A stretch of 64,000 nt of DNA. Source: Escherichia phage vB_EcoM_WFbE185. Shown here one piece after another: positions 45,304 to 54,269 of this stretch; position 1 is the first letter of the stretch; each line of letters begins with the position of its first letter. The stretch lies in sequence record MK373778.1. One strand, 5' to 3'. Below the pieces are notes generated by a model. It ran no database searches. It was not told the DNA's origin and was given only the letters and a program-made list of their open reading frames with translations. A program made the position numbers and the translations under genes.

Positions 45304-47117
45304 TGGTGTTTAACCCTATGCATGATTTCTTTATTTTTACCGAGATTAAATCCGCGTTCGTTCGGATTTCCCAAATAACCGCATGTTCTTCTTATGGTGT
45401 TCATCTTTTTAGGATCAGTTTCTCCACAAATAGAACAAACAAATCCGTTTTCAGTAGGAGTCATTTCATGGGTACTTCCACATGTAAAACATTTATCCAC
45501 TGGCATATTAACACCAAAATAATCTAAATGTTGTGCAGCATAATCCCAGACGGCCTCAAGCCCCTTTAAATTGTTTTTCATATCTGGAAGTTCAACATAA
45601 GAAATGTGACCGCCGGTCGCTATGAAATGATAAGGAGCTTCACGAGAAATTTTTTCAAACGGAGTAATATTTTCTTCTACTGAAACATGGAAACTGTTAG
45701 TGTACCAGCCTTTATCTGTAACATCCTTTACACTTCCATATTTTTCTGTATCAAGTTTACAGAAGCGATAACAAAGGTTTTCAGCAGGAGTAGAATATAA
45801 ACTAAAAGCAAATCCAGTTCTTTCAGACCACTGTTTAAGATGAGCATTCATTTTAGTTAAAATTTCTTGCCCAATATCACGACCAACAAGAATATTCAAT
45901 TCGTGAATACCAATGTATCCTAAAGACACTGAACTTCTACCGTTTTTAAATAACTCAATTATGTCGTCATCAGGTTTAAGACGAACCCCGAATGCACCTT
46001 CTTGGTAAAGAATAGGAGCAACAGTCGCTTTAACTCCTTTTAAGGAACTAATTCTACACATCAAAGCTTCAAAACACAGGTCCATTCGTTCGTTAAATAG
46101 CTCAACAAATTTCTGTTCATTGAACTGTGTTCCAATATAAGAATCTAACGCAATACGAGGAAGATTCAGTGTTACAACACCAAGATTATTACGTCCATCA
46201 AGAATTTCATTGCCAGTCGAATCTTTCCATACACTCAAGAAACTACGGCAGCCCATTGGAGAAACAGGAACTGAAGAACCGGTAATAGCTTTATTATTCT
46301 TAACCGAAATAATGTCAGGATACATTCTTTTGCTTGCACATTCTAACGCAAGTTGTTTAATATCATAGTTCGGATCATCTTTATAAAGATTAACACCTTC
46401 TTCAACAAACATAACAAGTTTAGGAAAAATAGGAGTTATTCCATCACGACCAAGACCTTTAATGCGGTTTTTAAGAATTGCCTTCTGAATCATTCGTTCA
46501 GTCCAGTCAGTTCCCGTACCAAATGTAATTGTTACAAAAGGCGTTTGTCCGTTTGAACTAAAGAGAGTATTTACTTCATATTCATAAGCTTGGAACGCGT
46601 CATAGACATCTTTTTCTGTTTTGGATTGAGCATAATTCAACGCATCAGCAATTTGCCATTTTTCTGCATCTTCAACATGTTTAGCGTATGTGCGTTTAAC
46701 ATAAGGAGAAAGAACTTTATCGACATTCGCAAATGTAGTTCCGCCATACTGGTGTGAAGCAACTTGTGCGGTAATTTGTGCCATAATTGCAGTAGCAACG
46801 CCAATAGATTTAGGCGTTTCAATTTGAGCATTGCCTAATTTAAATCCATTCTCAAGCATCCCCTTTAAATCGACTAAACAGCAATTGGTAAACGGAAGAG
46901 CAGGAGAATAATCAATATCATGCATGTGAATGATTCCGCTTTCATGCGCATTCATAATAAAAGACGGGACCATATTTTTGGCAATGTGCTTAGACACAAT
47001 ACCAGCCATAAGGTCCCGTTGAGTTGGAAAAACACGAGAATCTTTATTAGCATTCTCGTTCAAAAGATCTTTATTAGTTTTATAAATTAATCCTTCAATT
47101 TCTTTTTCAATTTTCAT
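45300..47117 (-). CDS. nrdD: anaerobic ribonucleoside-triphosphate reductase NrdD (uninterrupted)
   Basis: 605 aa; C-terminal glycyl-radical motif RRTCGYLG and zinc ribbon CFTCGS...CSICG; no intron. Confidence 0.9.
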   Translation of the reverse strand: MKIEKEIEGLIYKTNKDLLNENANKDSRVFPTQRDLMAGIVSKHIAKNMVPSFIMNAHESGIIHMHDIDYSPALPFTNCCLVDLKGMLENGFKLGNAQIETPKSIGVATAIMAQITAQVASHQYGGTTFANVDKVLSPYVKRTYAKHVEDAEKWQIADALNYAQSKTEKDVYDAFQAYEYEVNTLFSSNGQTPFVTITFGTGTDWTERMIQKAILKNRIKGLGRDGITPIFPKLVMFVEEGVNLYKDDPNYDIKQLALECASKRMYPDIISVKNNKAITGSSVPVSPMGCRSFLSVWKDSTGNEILDGRNNLGVVTLNLPRIALDSYIGTQFNEQKFVELFNERMDLCFEALMCRISSLKGVKATVAPILYQEGAFGVRLKPDDDIIELFKNGRSSVSLGYIGIHELNILVGRDIGQEILTKMNAHLKQWSERTGFAFSLYSTPAENLCYRFCKLDTEKYGSVKDVTDKGWYTNSFHVSVEENITPFEKISREAPYHFIATGGHISYVELPDMKNNLKGLEAVWDYAAQHLDYFGVNMPVDKCFTCGSTHEMTPTENGFVCSICGETDPKKMNTIRRTCGYLGNPNERGFNLGKNKEIMHRVKHQ

Positions 47118-47587
47118 TTTAAACTCTTTCTAAGCTGCTTTTTGAATGAAGCTATTAATTGTGTTTTAGTATCAGATTCATTATATTCAAATCCTCTTTG
47201 AAGCATCTCGGACATCATTTCCTCTTTACCTAGTCTTGAGAACTCTTTAGTTTTGTCTGGAACAAAATTAGGATGGATATTATTATCAGAATAATCTTGT
47301 TTCAAATAAGCAAGAAGAGATTCAAGCCATTCGAGGTAGTCGACATCACGACCTTTAAGACCAGAACGGTTGAACTTATGCTTCATTTGGCCTTCTGCTG
47401 CGTTGCACAGATTACAGAGTAACCCACGAACTCTACCTGCTTTTGGCCCGTTTAATTCGTGGTCGTGGTCAAGATGGTTACCTTGAACATCAGGGTCTAA
47501 TTCACGGTGGCAAATAGGACACTTACCGTTCTGTGCATCATAAAATTTTTGTTTTTCTTCTTTGTATAATTTGCCAGATAATAACAT
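47114..47587 (-). CDS. 49: endonuclease VII (Holliday junction resolvase) gp49
   Basis: 157 aa; MLLSGKLYKEEKQKFYDAQNGKCPIC and HLDHDHELNGPKAG closely match T4 gp49. Confidence 0.85.
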   Translation of the reverse strand: MLLSGKLYKEEKQKFYDAQNGKCPICHRELDPDVQGNHLDHDHELNGPKAGRVRGLLCNLCNAAEGQMKHKFNRSGLKGRDVDYLEWLESLLAYLKQDYSDNNIHPNFVPDKTKEFSRLGKEEMMSEMLQRGFEYNESDTKTQLIASFKKQLRKSLK

Positions 47588-47593
47588 AATAAA

Positions 47594-47624
47594 CCCTTAC
47601 CATATATAGATAAGGGTATTTATA
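47594..47624 (-). promoter_or_regulatory. late promoter TATAAATA plus RBS-sequestering hairpin (CCCUUA...UAAGGG) upstream of gene 49
   Basis: TATAAATA box at 47617-47624; 6-bp inverted repeat whose 3' arm is the SD-like AAGGG 7 nt before the ATG. Confidence 0.55.
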
Positions 47625-47626
47625 AT

Positions 47627-47806
47627 TTAGTAAACGTTATAAAAGTCTCGATGAAAACGTTTATACTGTCGAATCATTCTTTTAGTAGGACGTGTTACCG
47701 AAATGATTGAAGTCCTCATGTTCGGATTGTTTGGAGCCCCAATCATAATAAATTTCCAGGATTTTTGGCCGTTTGTTCTTTCGCCATAAAATAGTTCAGT
47801 TTTCAT
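47627..47806 (-). CDS. small basic protein (59 aa) with RPTKRMIRQYKR motif, not in ORF track
   Basis: C-terminus TRPTKRMIRQYKRFHRDFY is paralogous to the C-termini of 19555-19791 and 48231-48401. Confidence 0.4.
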   Translation of the reverse strand: MKTELFYGERTNGQKSWKFIMIGAPNNPNMRTSIISVTRPTKRMIRQYKRFHRDFYNVY

Positions 47807-47815
47807 AATAAACCT

Positions 47816-48229
47816 TTAACTTAAACGTCTTTCTAAATATTCAATGTATTCCGCTGCGGCTTGCATCAGATTACCTTCATAACCGTCATTATTTTCTTGG
47901 GCGGCTAATTTAGCTAAAGCATAAGAAATACGTTCACCTTCGAATTCGCCAAGTCCACCATCACAAACTACTTGGTCAATTTCTTCGAGTTCATCTATTG
48001 AATGGGATTCCCAGAAGCACCAAAGAGAAGTATCACGGTCATAGATGCAAAGTTTCTCACCTGTGTTCAACATCACTTCAATAATGCCATGGTCGCCATA
48101 ACCATCTTCGGTAGTAGTACCAATTACCTTGATGATCGTATCTTTCTTTAATTCAGGAAACTTGACTTGTAGTTCTTCATCTTCTTTAACAATCTTGAAC
48201 CATTTACCGCGAGTTTCAGAAATATTCAT
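47816..48229 (-). CDS. hypothetical acidic protein (start moved to Met47)
   Basis: The track ORF N-terminus overlaps the upstream gene; position corresponds to the T4 pin region. Confidence 0.4.
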   Translation of the reverse strand: MNISETRGKWFKIVKEDEELQVKFPELKKDTIIKVIGTTTEDGYGDHGIIEVMLNTGEKLCIYDRDTSLWCFWESHSIDELEEIDQVVCDGGLGEFEGERISYALAKLAAQENNDGYEGNLMQAAAEYIEYLERRLS

Positions 48230-48230
48230 A

Positions 48231-48401
48231 TCAATATTCTCTATAAAAGTTACGATGAGAACGTTTAGCTTTGCGAAGCTGACGTTTAGTAGGACGAACT
48301 GTAAATGGTTGTCCAGAGAAAAAATTCGGATCGGTTTTAATAAGCAAATACCAATCATGCTTGCCATTTTTTAATAAACGGTACAATAATTTAACTTGCA
48401 T
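48231..48401 (-). CDS. small basic protein with RPTKRQLRKAKR motif (start moved)
   Basis: C-terminus VRPTKRQLRKAKRSHRNFYREY; promoter 48451-48480 upstream. Confidence 0.4.
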   Translation of the reverse strand: MQVKLLYRLLKNGKHDWYLLIKTDPNFFSGQPFTVRPTKRQLRKAKRSHRNFYREY

Positions 48402-48450
48402 AATAATCTCTTCCCATCTCCATATCAATTAATTCATTTATTGAAGGTTC

Positions 48451-48480
48451 ATCATAACACGTTTCTTCGTCGTTGTAAAC
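48451..48480 (-). promoter_or_regulatory. early-type promoter (-35 GTTTAC, 18 bp, TGt-TATGAT)
   Basis: GTTTAC...TGTTATGAT in the intergenic region. Confidence 0.45.
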
Positions 48481-48529
48481 TGTTTCGACGTCTGGCTCGA
48501 CTGTCTCCCATCGAGCCGAATACCATGGC

Positions 48530-48886
48530 TTAACCCCGGAGTTTATTGAGCTCTTCATAATCAATCCAGGATTCTAGCCCTGACGGCAGGTCACATTCAA
48601 TGTTCCACAGAAGCTCTTCAATGGCTTGCAGGCGATTATATTCTTCAACGGTAATGGTAACCATTGGTGCAACCGGTTCTGCCTTTTTAACCATCATGTC
48701 GTTCATCAGGACGTAAAGGTCATCACGAACGACAGTGTCGTTCCATCCCCATGATTTGGCTTCGTAAGCTAATGATGAAGGGAGCACATTTAAAACTTCA
48801 ATAATAGTTGGAGCATCAGGACCAAGTTCATTGGCACAAACTTCGTATACATCTTGGAAATCTTTAAGATTTAATGAATATGTCAT
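48530..48886 (-). CDS. hypothetical acidic protein (118 aa)
   Basis: ORF. Confidence 0.45.
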   Translation of the reverse strand: MTYSLNLKDFQDVYEVCANELGPDAPTIIEVLNVLPSSLAYEAKSWGWNDTVVRDDLYVLMNDMMVKKAEPVAPMVTITVEEYNRLQAIEELLWNIECDLPSGLESWIDYEELNKLRG

Positions 48887-48904
48887 TTAAAATTTTCTCG
48901 CAGG

Positions 48905-49201
48905 TTATTGTTCTACCCATGAACAAGAGACTTCAAAATCAGGACCACCGTATTCCCAGTGATATTCACCAACAGGAATCCAGTCACCGTGCTCGTTTTC
49001 TTCATAGTCCTCAGGCTCAAGGCCAACGAATCGCCATTGGACACCGATGATTCGATTACCCATCATTACTCGAAATTCGCCCCATGGATTATCGATAGCA
49101 TACTGAATATCGTTCTTGGCACGAGAGCACATTTCTTGATATAATAAAGCTTCTAATTCACCCTGGTCATAAGGGCCAGGGAAAGTTAAATCAATACTCA
49201 T
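48905..49201 (-). CDS. hypothetical protein (98 aa, Trp-rich)
   Basis: ORF. Confidence 0.45.
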   Translation of the reverse strand: MSIDLTFPGPYDQGELEALLYQEMCSRAKNDIQYAIDNPWGEFRVMMGNRIIGVQWRFVGLEPEDYEENEHGDWIPVGEYHWEYGGPDFEVSCSWVEQ

Positions 49202-49461
49202 TTAAAATATTCTCGTAGTTGGTCAAATCCACCAATGTGACTTCCGTCAGGAGCAAACACCTGAGGCATAGTCAATCCAACTTGTGATTCACGTCCAAGC
49301 TTAACCAGAAGCTCAGTAATTTTCTCATCATCGAACACACCTTTTTCCGGCATAACATTAATGAATTCGAATGGTTGTTTCTTAACAGTCAGCAATCGTT
49401 TCGCATTATCACAATAAATGCATTTATGAATAGTAGAGTCATACCCGTACACTTTAAACAT
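49198..49461 (-). CDS. nrdC: thioredoxin/glutaredoxin NrdC
   Basis: MFKVYGYDSTIHKCIYCDNAKRLLTVKKQPFEFINVMPEKGVFDDEKI nearly identical to T4 NrdC; CxxC active site; start set at Met6. Confidence 0.85.
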   Translation of the reverse strand: MFKVYGYDSTIHKCIYCDNAKRLLTVKKQPFEFINVMPEKGVFDDEKITELLVKLGRESQVGLTMPQVFAPDGSHIGGFDQLREYFK

Positions 49462-49867
49462 TATTTTTCCTTTCATCGATTAAATATGCAATGCCAAATA
49501 CAATACATGTAATAAAACCTGTGATACAGATAGAAACCAACAATACTGTACCAAAGAACCAAATCAAGTTATCTTTGGTAGTTTGTTTGATATCCATCTC
49601 ACGAATTTCTATAGCTATCGTATCACCTTTATTCAGAAGCGTATAAAACGATGGCGATACACGCCTGTCAAAAACTCGTCCTTGCTCATCTTTATAGACT
49701 GCAATAAATTCTAATTTAGAATATTTTCCTGTAGATTGGCCTGAGATTAATTCCACTACCTCCACAGGAATTACTTTAGTTTCCATGTAAGTATTCTGGC
49801 TGTTCCAAATGAATGGAATAATAGCAAAAACTAAAGCTGTGATAAAACAACGAAGGCTATATCTCAT
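49454..49867 (-). CDS. membrane protein (137 aa)
   Basis: N-terminal and C-terminal hydrophobic segments. Confidence 0.45.
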   Translation of the reverse strand: MRYSLRCFITALVFAIIPFIWNSQNTYMETKVIPVEVVELISGQSTGKYSKLEFIAVYKDEQGRVFDRRVSPSFYTLLNKGDTIAIEIREMDIKQTTKDNLIWFFGTVLLVSICITGFITCIVFGIAYLIDERKNNV

Positions 49868-50172
49868 TATAATGTTCTCTCAAATTTGTGGAAGCATTTA
49901 CGGCATTTCAATTTCAAGTTATCAGTTGTCCAGTTAACCAGTTGGACTTGGATAGTTCCACATTCCGGGCATGGATGTTTTGCTGCCGATTTGGCAGCAT
50001 TTTCACGTCGTTCAACCATTTTCATTATTTCGTTCCATGCCGGAGGAACAAACTCTTCTTCACCGTGGATTTTATCTCGCTGAACAAATTCAATCTTTGA
50101 ACTATCGTCAATAAACTTAACCAAGCCATGATTAGTGCTCATATCAATATCCTCTAAAAGACGTAGTTTCAT
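49867..50172 (-). CDS. zinc-ribbon protein (101 aa)
   Basis: CPECG...CRKCFH four-Cys motif. Confidence 0.45.
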   Translation of the reverse strand: MKLRLLEDIDMSTNHGLVKFIDDSSKIEFVQRDKIHGEEEFVPPAWNEIMKMVERRENAAKSAAKHPCPECGTIQVQLVNWTTDNLKLKCRKCFHKFERTL

Positions 50173-51122
50173 TATAACACCTCAATGGCATTTCGTAAAC
50201 CATCCGCTTTCGCATTCAGAGCTTTTAACGATTTAGTTTGTTCTGCAATCTGGGCTTCGACTTCTTTCAGACGAGATTTGAGATATTCGCGTTCTTCTCT
50301 TAAGTTATCAACTTTTTCTGCTTTAGGCTCTTTAATAGGCTTAGGCTTATACTCGTTAGGGTTCTTCAACTTAATTTGAATGCGAGAACTGTATAACATT
50401 GAACCATTATCTTCGGTTTCATCATACATTTCTACCACGTCCATGATTCTTAACATCATGCGAAGTTTATAAGACAGCGAACGAATGGTTTTATTGTGCT
50501 TCTTAATTTCTTCAGCTTTCATGGTGCCGAGATTACGTGAGTAATAATAAGGAACCTGAATATCAATTGATAATGATGCGGTACCATTACCGGTTGGTTT
50601 GAACACTGCAGTAACCCAATCTTTAGCATGAACTGTATTTGTACGATCATCGCCGCCTGTGAATAATTTACGAGAATGTTTAAAAAGCATATTCACTTGG
50701 TTATTGAATTCACAAGCAAATTTATCAGCAAATTTAGTTTCAGGAATGGTAGATAACCAATCAGCCAAATGAGTCTTTTTAACATCATTAACAATAGTGA
50801 ATTCAACCAAATCGGTTTTAGATGTCACAGATTTAATAAAGCTCGGCTTCATAAAGTTTTTAATGTTATCGCGAGCTACAGTAGAAGATAATAAACGAGA
50901 ACGTTTGAACCATTGAAGCAGTGTCCCTAATGAATGAGAATATGCATTTTGAGTATCTTTACAGATATGATTTTCTTGGCCTATGTATGTACCAAAATCT
51001 CGAAGAATACCACTTACTACATCTCGGTGTGGAACATCAAATCCTAGTGCACCAGAAGCACGTTGGGCATGAACGTTAGCGATAAGACCTGCAAAGTATT
51101 CAATGTAATGTGAACGTGTCAT
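50172..51122 (-). CDS. hypothetical protein (316 aa) with C-terminal coiled coil
   Basis: C-terminal heptad-rich region LREEREYLKSRLKEVEAQIAEQTKSLKALNAK. Confidence 0.5.
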   Translation of the reverse strand: MTRSHYIEYFAGLIANVHAQRASGALGFDVPHRDVVSGILRDFGTYIGQENHICKDTQNAYSHSLGTLLQWFKRSRLLSSTVARDNIKNFMKPSFIKSVTSKTDLVEFTIVNDVKKTHLADWLSTIPETKFADKFACEFNNQVNMLFKHSRKLFTGGDDRTNTVHAKDWVTAVFKPTGNGTASLSIDIQVPYYYSRNLGTMKAEEIKKHNKTIRSLSYKLRMMLRIMDVVEMYDETEDNGSMLYSSRIQIKLKNPNEYKPKPIKEPKAEKVDNLREEREYLKSRLKEVEAQIAEQTKSLKALNAKADGLRNAIEVL

Positions 51123-51150
51123 AATATTTTCCTCTCGTTAAGATAGAAAG

Positions 51151-51180
51151 ATTATACTCCAACCATCCTTGGTTGTAAAC
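51151..51180 (-). promoter_or_regulatory. early promoter with spacer hairpin (copy of the 8911-8940 element)
   Basis: 46-bp identity with 8895-8940: gttaagatagaaagattatactccaaccatccttggttgtaaactg. Confidence 0.55.
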
Positions 51181-51184
51181 TGAT

Positions 51185-52144
51185 TTATGATTTTAACGCA
51201 TTCATTGCGTTAAAAAGTTTAGAATACTGCAACTGGAGATTCGTTACAACACTTTGAGCATCACGAAGCTTAGCTTGTGCTTTGTCAAGTTCAACAGACA
51301 GTTGGTCCATAGTGGCCTTGATTTGATTGTAATGGTAATCTTCGGCCGGAAGAAGGTCATTATAAACATTTAGTTTTACTGCAGACAGTTTGCACACATT
51401 TGGCAAACCTTTAAACATTGATTTAGCCGAAGTAGAATAAGCACTTAGGACTTCGGCTTGTTCAATTGGGGTCCCAGTAAGCGATGATTCAAACAATGCA
51501 TTTTCCTTTTTAAGATTTTGATAGTATTCAGAGTCTTTGTGCCACCATGGCGCAGGAACCTTTTTACCAATAGATACACGTGCCTGGATAGCGATATGGC
51601 CTTTATTCTTGATAGGGTTGATAATATTAAGCTCGCGAGAATAAATTGCTTTAATCTGGTGGATATTATCACCTAACACTTCCAACGCTTGGTGAAATAC
51701 ACGAGCAACGTTATCATTCTTAGGTTTATACGTAAGAGTGAACTCGTTCTCACTGATAACCATGATTTCTAACTTATCGTAAGTATATTTCAAATGTTTC
51801 ATGTTAATTGCTTGAGGACGAATACGAGAAGCAATGGCCATCAGATTGTTAAGGTTATTTCTGAACTGTTTAGCAAAATATTGTCCATAACCGCCAATGC
51901 AAAAATTACGAAGTTTCTGTTTGGCCAATAAACGGCTGAACTCGCCATTTTTAATGAACTCTTTAACGGGTGTGTTAGTAACGCATTCAAATTGAGTAAA
52001 CTTACGAGAATTAATCCCATAATACGAACAGATTTCCTCAATCTCTTCAGGAGTCTTTACAGGCATACGGATAGGATTAGGTCCTGGAGTATATGCGTTC
52101 GAGGTAAATTCTTTGATAAGTTCTCTACGTGTAATAAAAGCCAT
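51185..52144 (-). CDS. hypothetical protein (319 aa) with C-terminal coiled coil
   Basis: C-terminal MDQLSVELDKAQAKLRDAQSVVTNLQLQY. Confidence 0.5.
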   Translation of the reverse strand: MAFITRRELIKEFTSNAYTPGPNPIRMPVKTPEEIEEICSYYGINSRKFTQFECVTNTPVKEFIKNGEFSRLLAKQKLRNFCIGGYGQYFAKQFRNNLNNLMAIASRIRPQAINMKHLKYTYDKLEIMVISENEFTLTYKPKNDNVARVFHQALEVLGDNIHQIKAIYSRELNIINPIKNKGHIAIQARVSIGKKVPAPWWHKDSEYYQNLKKENALFESSLTGTPIEQAEVLSAYSTSAKSMFKGLPNVCKLSAVKLNVYNDLLPAEDYHYNQIKATMDQLSVELDKAQAKLRDAQSVVTNLQLQYSKLFNAMNALKS

Positions 52145-52170
52145 TTTATATTCCTCATGTTGAAAAATTT

Positions 52171-52199
52171 ATTATACTCCAACCATCCTTGGTTGTACA
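52171..52199 (-). promoter_or_regulatory. early promoter with spacer hairpin (third copy; -35 TGTACA)
   Basis: Shares ttatactccaaccatccttggttgta with the 8911 and 51151 elements. Confidence 0.5.
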
Positions 52200-53195
52200 T
52201 CATTCCTTAAGAAGTTTTACTACTTGAATAAGATTAGCTCGTTCTGTTTTATTTTTACCGTTTAAGCCTGCTAATCGTGAGATTTCATCGTCAGTCTGCT
52301 GAATAGTTACATTAAGTTCGTTAATCAAAGCTTCAAAGTATTTGATTTGCTCAGCATGTTTTGATTCAAATTTCTGAACTGGAATAACGTCTTGGTTTAG
52401 TTCATCAATAAGGTCTTTAAGAGCATCTTCTTGGTTGATATCATATTCAACTTCTTTTATTTCTTCAACAAGCTCGTCTTTATATCTAACGTCTTTTAGT
52501 CCTGGTGCTGGTCCTGAAATCTCTTCTTTAAGAGTACAAACATACCCAATACGGTATCCAATGCCGTCTCGCTTGATATCAACTTCGTCGATAAATCCAC
52601 AATGTTTAAGACCAGAGCCGATTAGGTCAAAATATCCTTGACGTCGTCCTTCAAACGTTACACGAACTACTAAGACAGTTTTGCCTGCAACCTTTTGAAG
52701 CTCACATTTATAAAAGTCAGTTGAACCTGAATAACTTGGATGAGTTTTAAAGTTCATCTGACGATCTAGGCCCATTTGTAAGCGTGCTGTTACGGCCATA
52801 AAACGTGTTTGGTTCTCGTTAAGATGAGCAACAATCCATTTCAAAGGCATTTTACACTGTTCACGGCCGAACAAATCAGTACGTCCTAGATTACGCAGGA
52901 TGTTGTTAGAGTTAATCATCGACAGAACGTTAAGTTTATTCAGCGCGCTGAAGATTCCATCAGCCATTGATTTTCCATAACCTTTACACGCTTTAATAAG
53001 TGCTCGCGGCAGATTAGTATAGATTTCAGACGGCATATGAAAATCAAATTTACTAGTCAGTAATTGATGAACTTGGATAGCAATTTGTTCATAATTAAGT
53101 GCCCTGCGATCATTATGGTCTTTAAACCATACTTTAATCTGTGAAGCACATAAACCGTTAATTTCATGTTTTACCGCATCAGATGTAATGCTCAT
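52200..53195 (-). CDS. hypothetical protein (331 aa) with C-terminal coiled coil
   Basis: C-terminal IKYFEALINELNVTIQQTDDEISRLAG. Confidence 0.5.
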   Translation of the reverse strand: MSITSDAVKHEINGLCASQIKVWFKDHNDRRALNYEQIAIQVHQLLTSKFDFHMPSEIYTNLPRALIKACKGYGKSMADGIFSALNKLNVLSMINSNNILRNLGRTDLFGREQCKMPLKWIVAHLNENQTRFMAVTARLQMGLDRQMNFKTHPSYSGSTDFYKCELQKVAGKTVLVVRVTFEGRRQGYFDLIGSGLKHCGFIDEVDIKRDGIGYRIGYVCTLKEEISGPAPGLKDVRYKDELVEEIKEVEYDINQEDALKDLIDELNQDVIPVQKFESKHAEQIKYFEALINELNVTIQQTDDEISRLAGLNGKNKTERANLIQVVKLLKE

Positions 53196-53257
53196 AACTA
53201 TTTCCTCAGATTGAATTGGAACTCAAAACCATTATAACCCGTCCTTGGGTAAAGCGT

Positions 53258-53785
53258 TTATGCGTGAACCGTCTTTAAACGTTCTTCAAATTTCCGAAGA
53301 GTACTAATACGTTCTGCTTTCTGTTTTGTATAGTTTGCAATACGTTCTGAAGTGAGAGCGTATCGTTCGTTTACTGTTTCTTTCATGAAGTCAGGGATTT
53401 CACGAGAAGCTTTAATTTCATCAAACTTATCGAGTACTGCCTGGTCTTCAGCAATTAAATTTTCGTACATCTCGATATCTTTCTTGATGAAGTCGATATC
53501 TTCCTGGGTTACTTTGGATAAACGAGATGCCTTATCCTTTTTGTACTGCTCGTTAGTTTCACGAGACCAGAATAATGTACGTTTTTTGTTAGTGTTTTTG
53601 TAGACTTCCACAATTCCAACTGAATCGATGATAACAATCCAATTCCAGCGAGATTTGAAAATCTGACCTCCGTCCACGGTAATCTCGTTACCATAAGCAA
53701 TGTCATTAAAGAACTTACTTTGTGCTTCAGATTTAAATTTACCGTCGTTATAATTTACCAGGTTGAAAATATCTTTAGCGTTCAT
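53258..53785 (-). CDS. hypothetical protein (175 aa), coiled-coil rich
   Basis: ORF downstream of promoter 53813-53841. Confidence 0.5.
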   Translation of the reverse strand: MNAKDIFNLVNYNDGKFKSEAQSKFFNDIAYGNEITVDGGQIFKSRWNWIVIIDSVGIVEVYKNTNKKRTLFWSRETNEQYKKDKASRLSKVTQEDIDFIKKDIEMYENLIAEDQAVLDKFDEIKASREIPDFMKETVNERYALTSERIANYTKQKAERISTLRKFEERLKTVHA

Positions 53786-53812
53786 GTTTTACCTCCAGTA
53801 GTTGATAGGTCT

Positions 53813-53841
53813 ATAATAACATAACCATAGACCTTGTAAAC
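53813..53841 (-). promoter_or_regulatory. early-type promoter (-35 GTTTAC, 17 bp, TGT-TATTAT)
   Basis: Same consensus block as 20308-20336; GGTCTAT/ATAGACC inverted repeat. Confidence 0.55.
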
Positions 53842-53843
53842 AA

Positions 53844-54131
53844 CTAAAAGAAACTTTTTTCGGTATTTTTTCCACTGAACCAAACAGACTTCGGGATTTT
53901 TTGTAATTTTTCAGATTTAAGTTTCTCTTCCTGTTCTTTCTTATATACACCCTTGTCGTACTGGAGCATCTCTATGGCATTCTTTTGCAAACGATCTAAG
54001 GTAATTAAGGCTTTAGTTTTTCCTTTCAAGGAAGAGTCCTGGCGAACCTCCTCGCTATATTGCATTGTAGAACTAACCATACGATGAGCATAGAGTTCGA
54101 CTGCGGCTTTAATTTTTTGCATAAAATCCAT
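53844..54131 (-). CDS. hypothetical protein (95 aa)
   Basis: ORF. Confidence 0.4.
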   Translation of the reverse strand: MDFMQKIKAAVELYAHRMVSSTMQYSEEVRQDSSLKGKTKALITLDRLQKNAIEMLQYDKGVYKKEQEEKLKSEKLQKIPKSVWFSGKNTEKSFF

Positions 54132-54269
54132 AACATATCCTCTTTGATTTGTACATCATTATTTTTAAATATTTCTATGCCCTCAGTAGGTTCCAGGTGT
54201 CCTTCTTTGAGGTAAGCCATATGATTATTCATCTTTATGGCTTTTGTTACCTCAGAACTTCCTATAAGC

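Noticed and set aside
45300-47117. Looked for group I introns and homing endonuclease genes (nrdD intron, seg/mob genes)
   Set aside because: nrdD is uninterrupted and no GIY-YIG or clear HNH endonuclease ORF was recognised in the window
48391-48558. 55-aa minus-strand ORF starting at about 48558
   Set aside because: Overlaps the 3' end of the upstream gene in another frame and contains the promoter for the downstream gene; more likely intergenic regulatory sequence
54026-54232. ORFs 54026-54232 and 54764-54964 on the minus strand
   Set aside because: They overlap better-supported genes (53844-54131 and the AAA-like NTPase) in alternative frames
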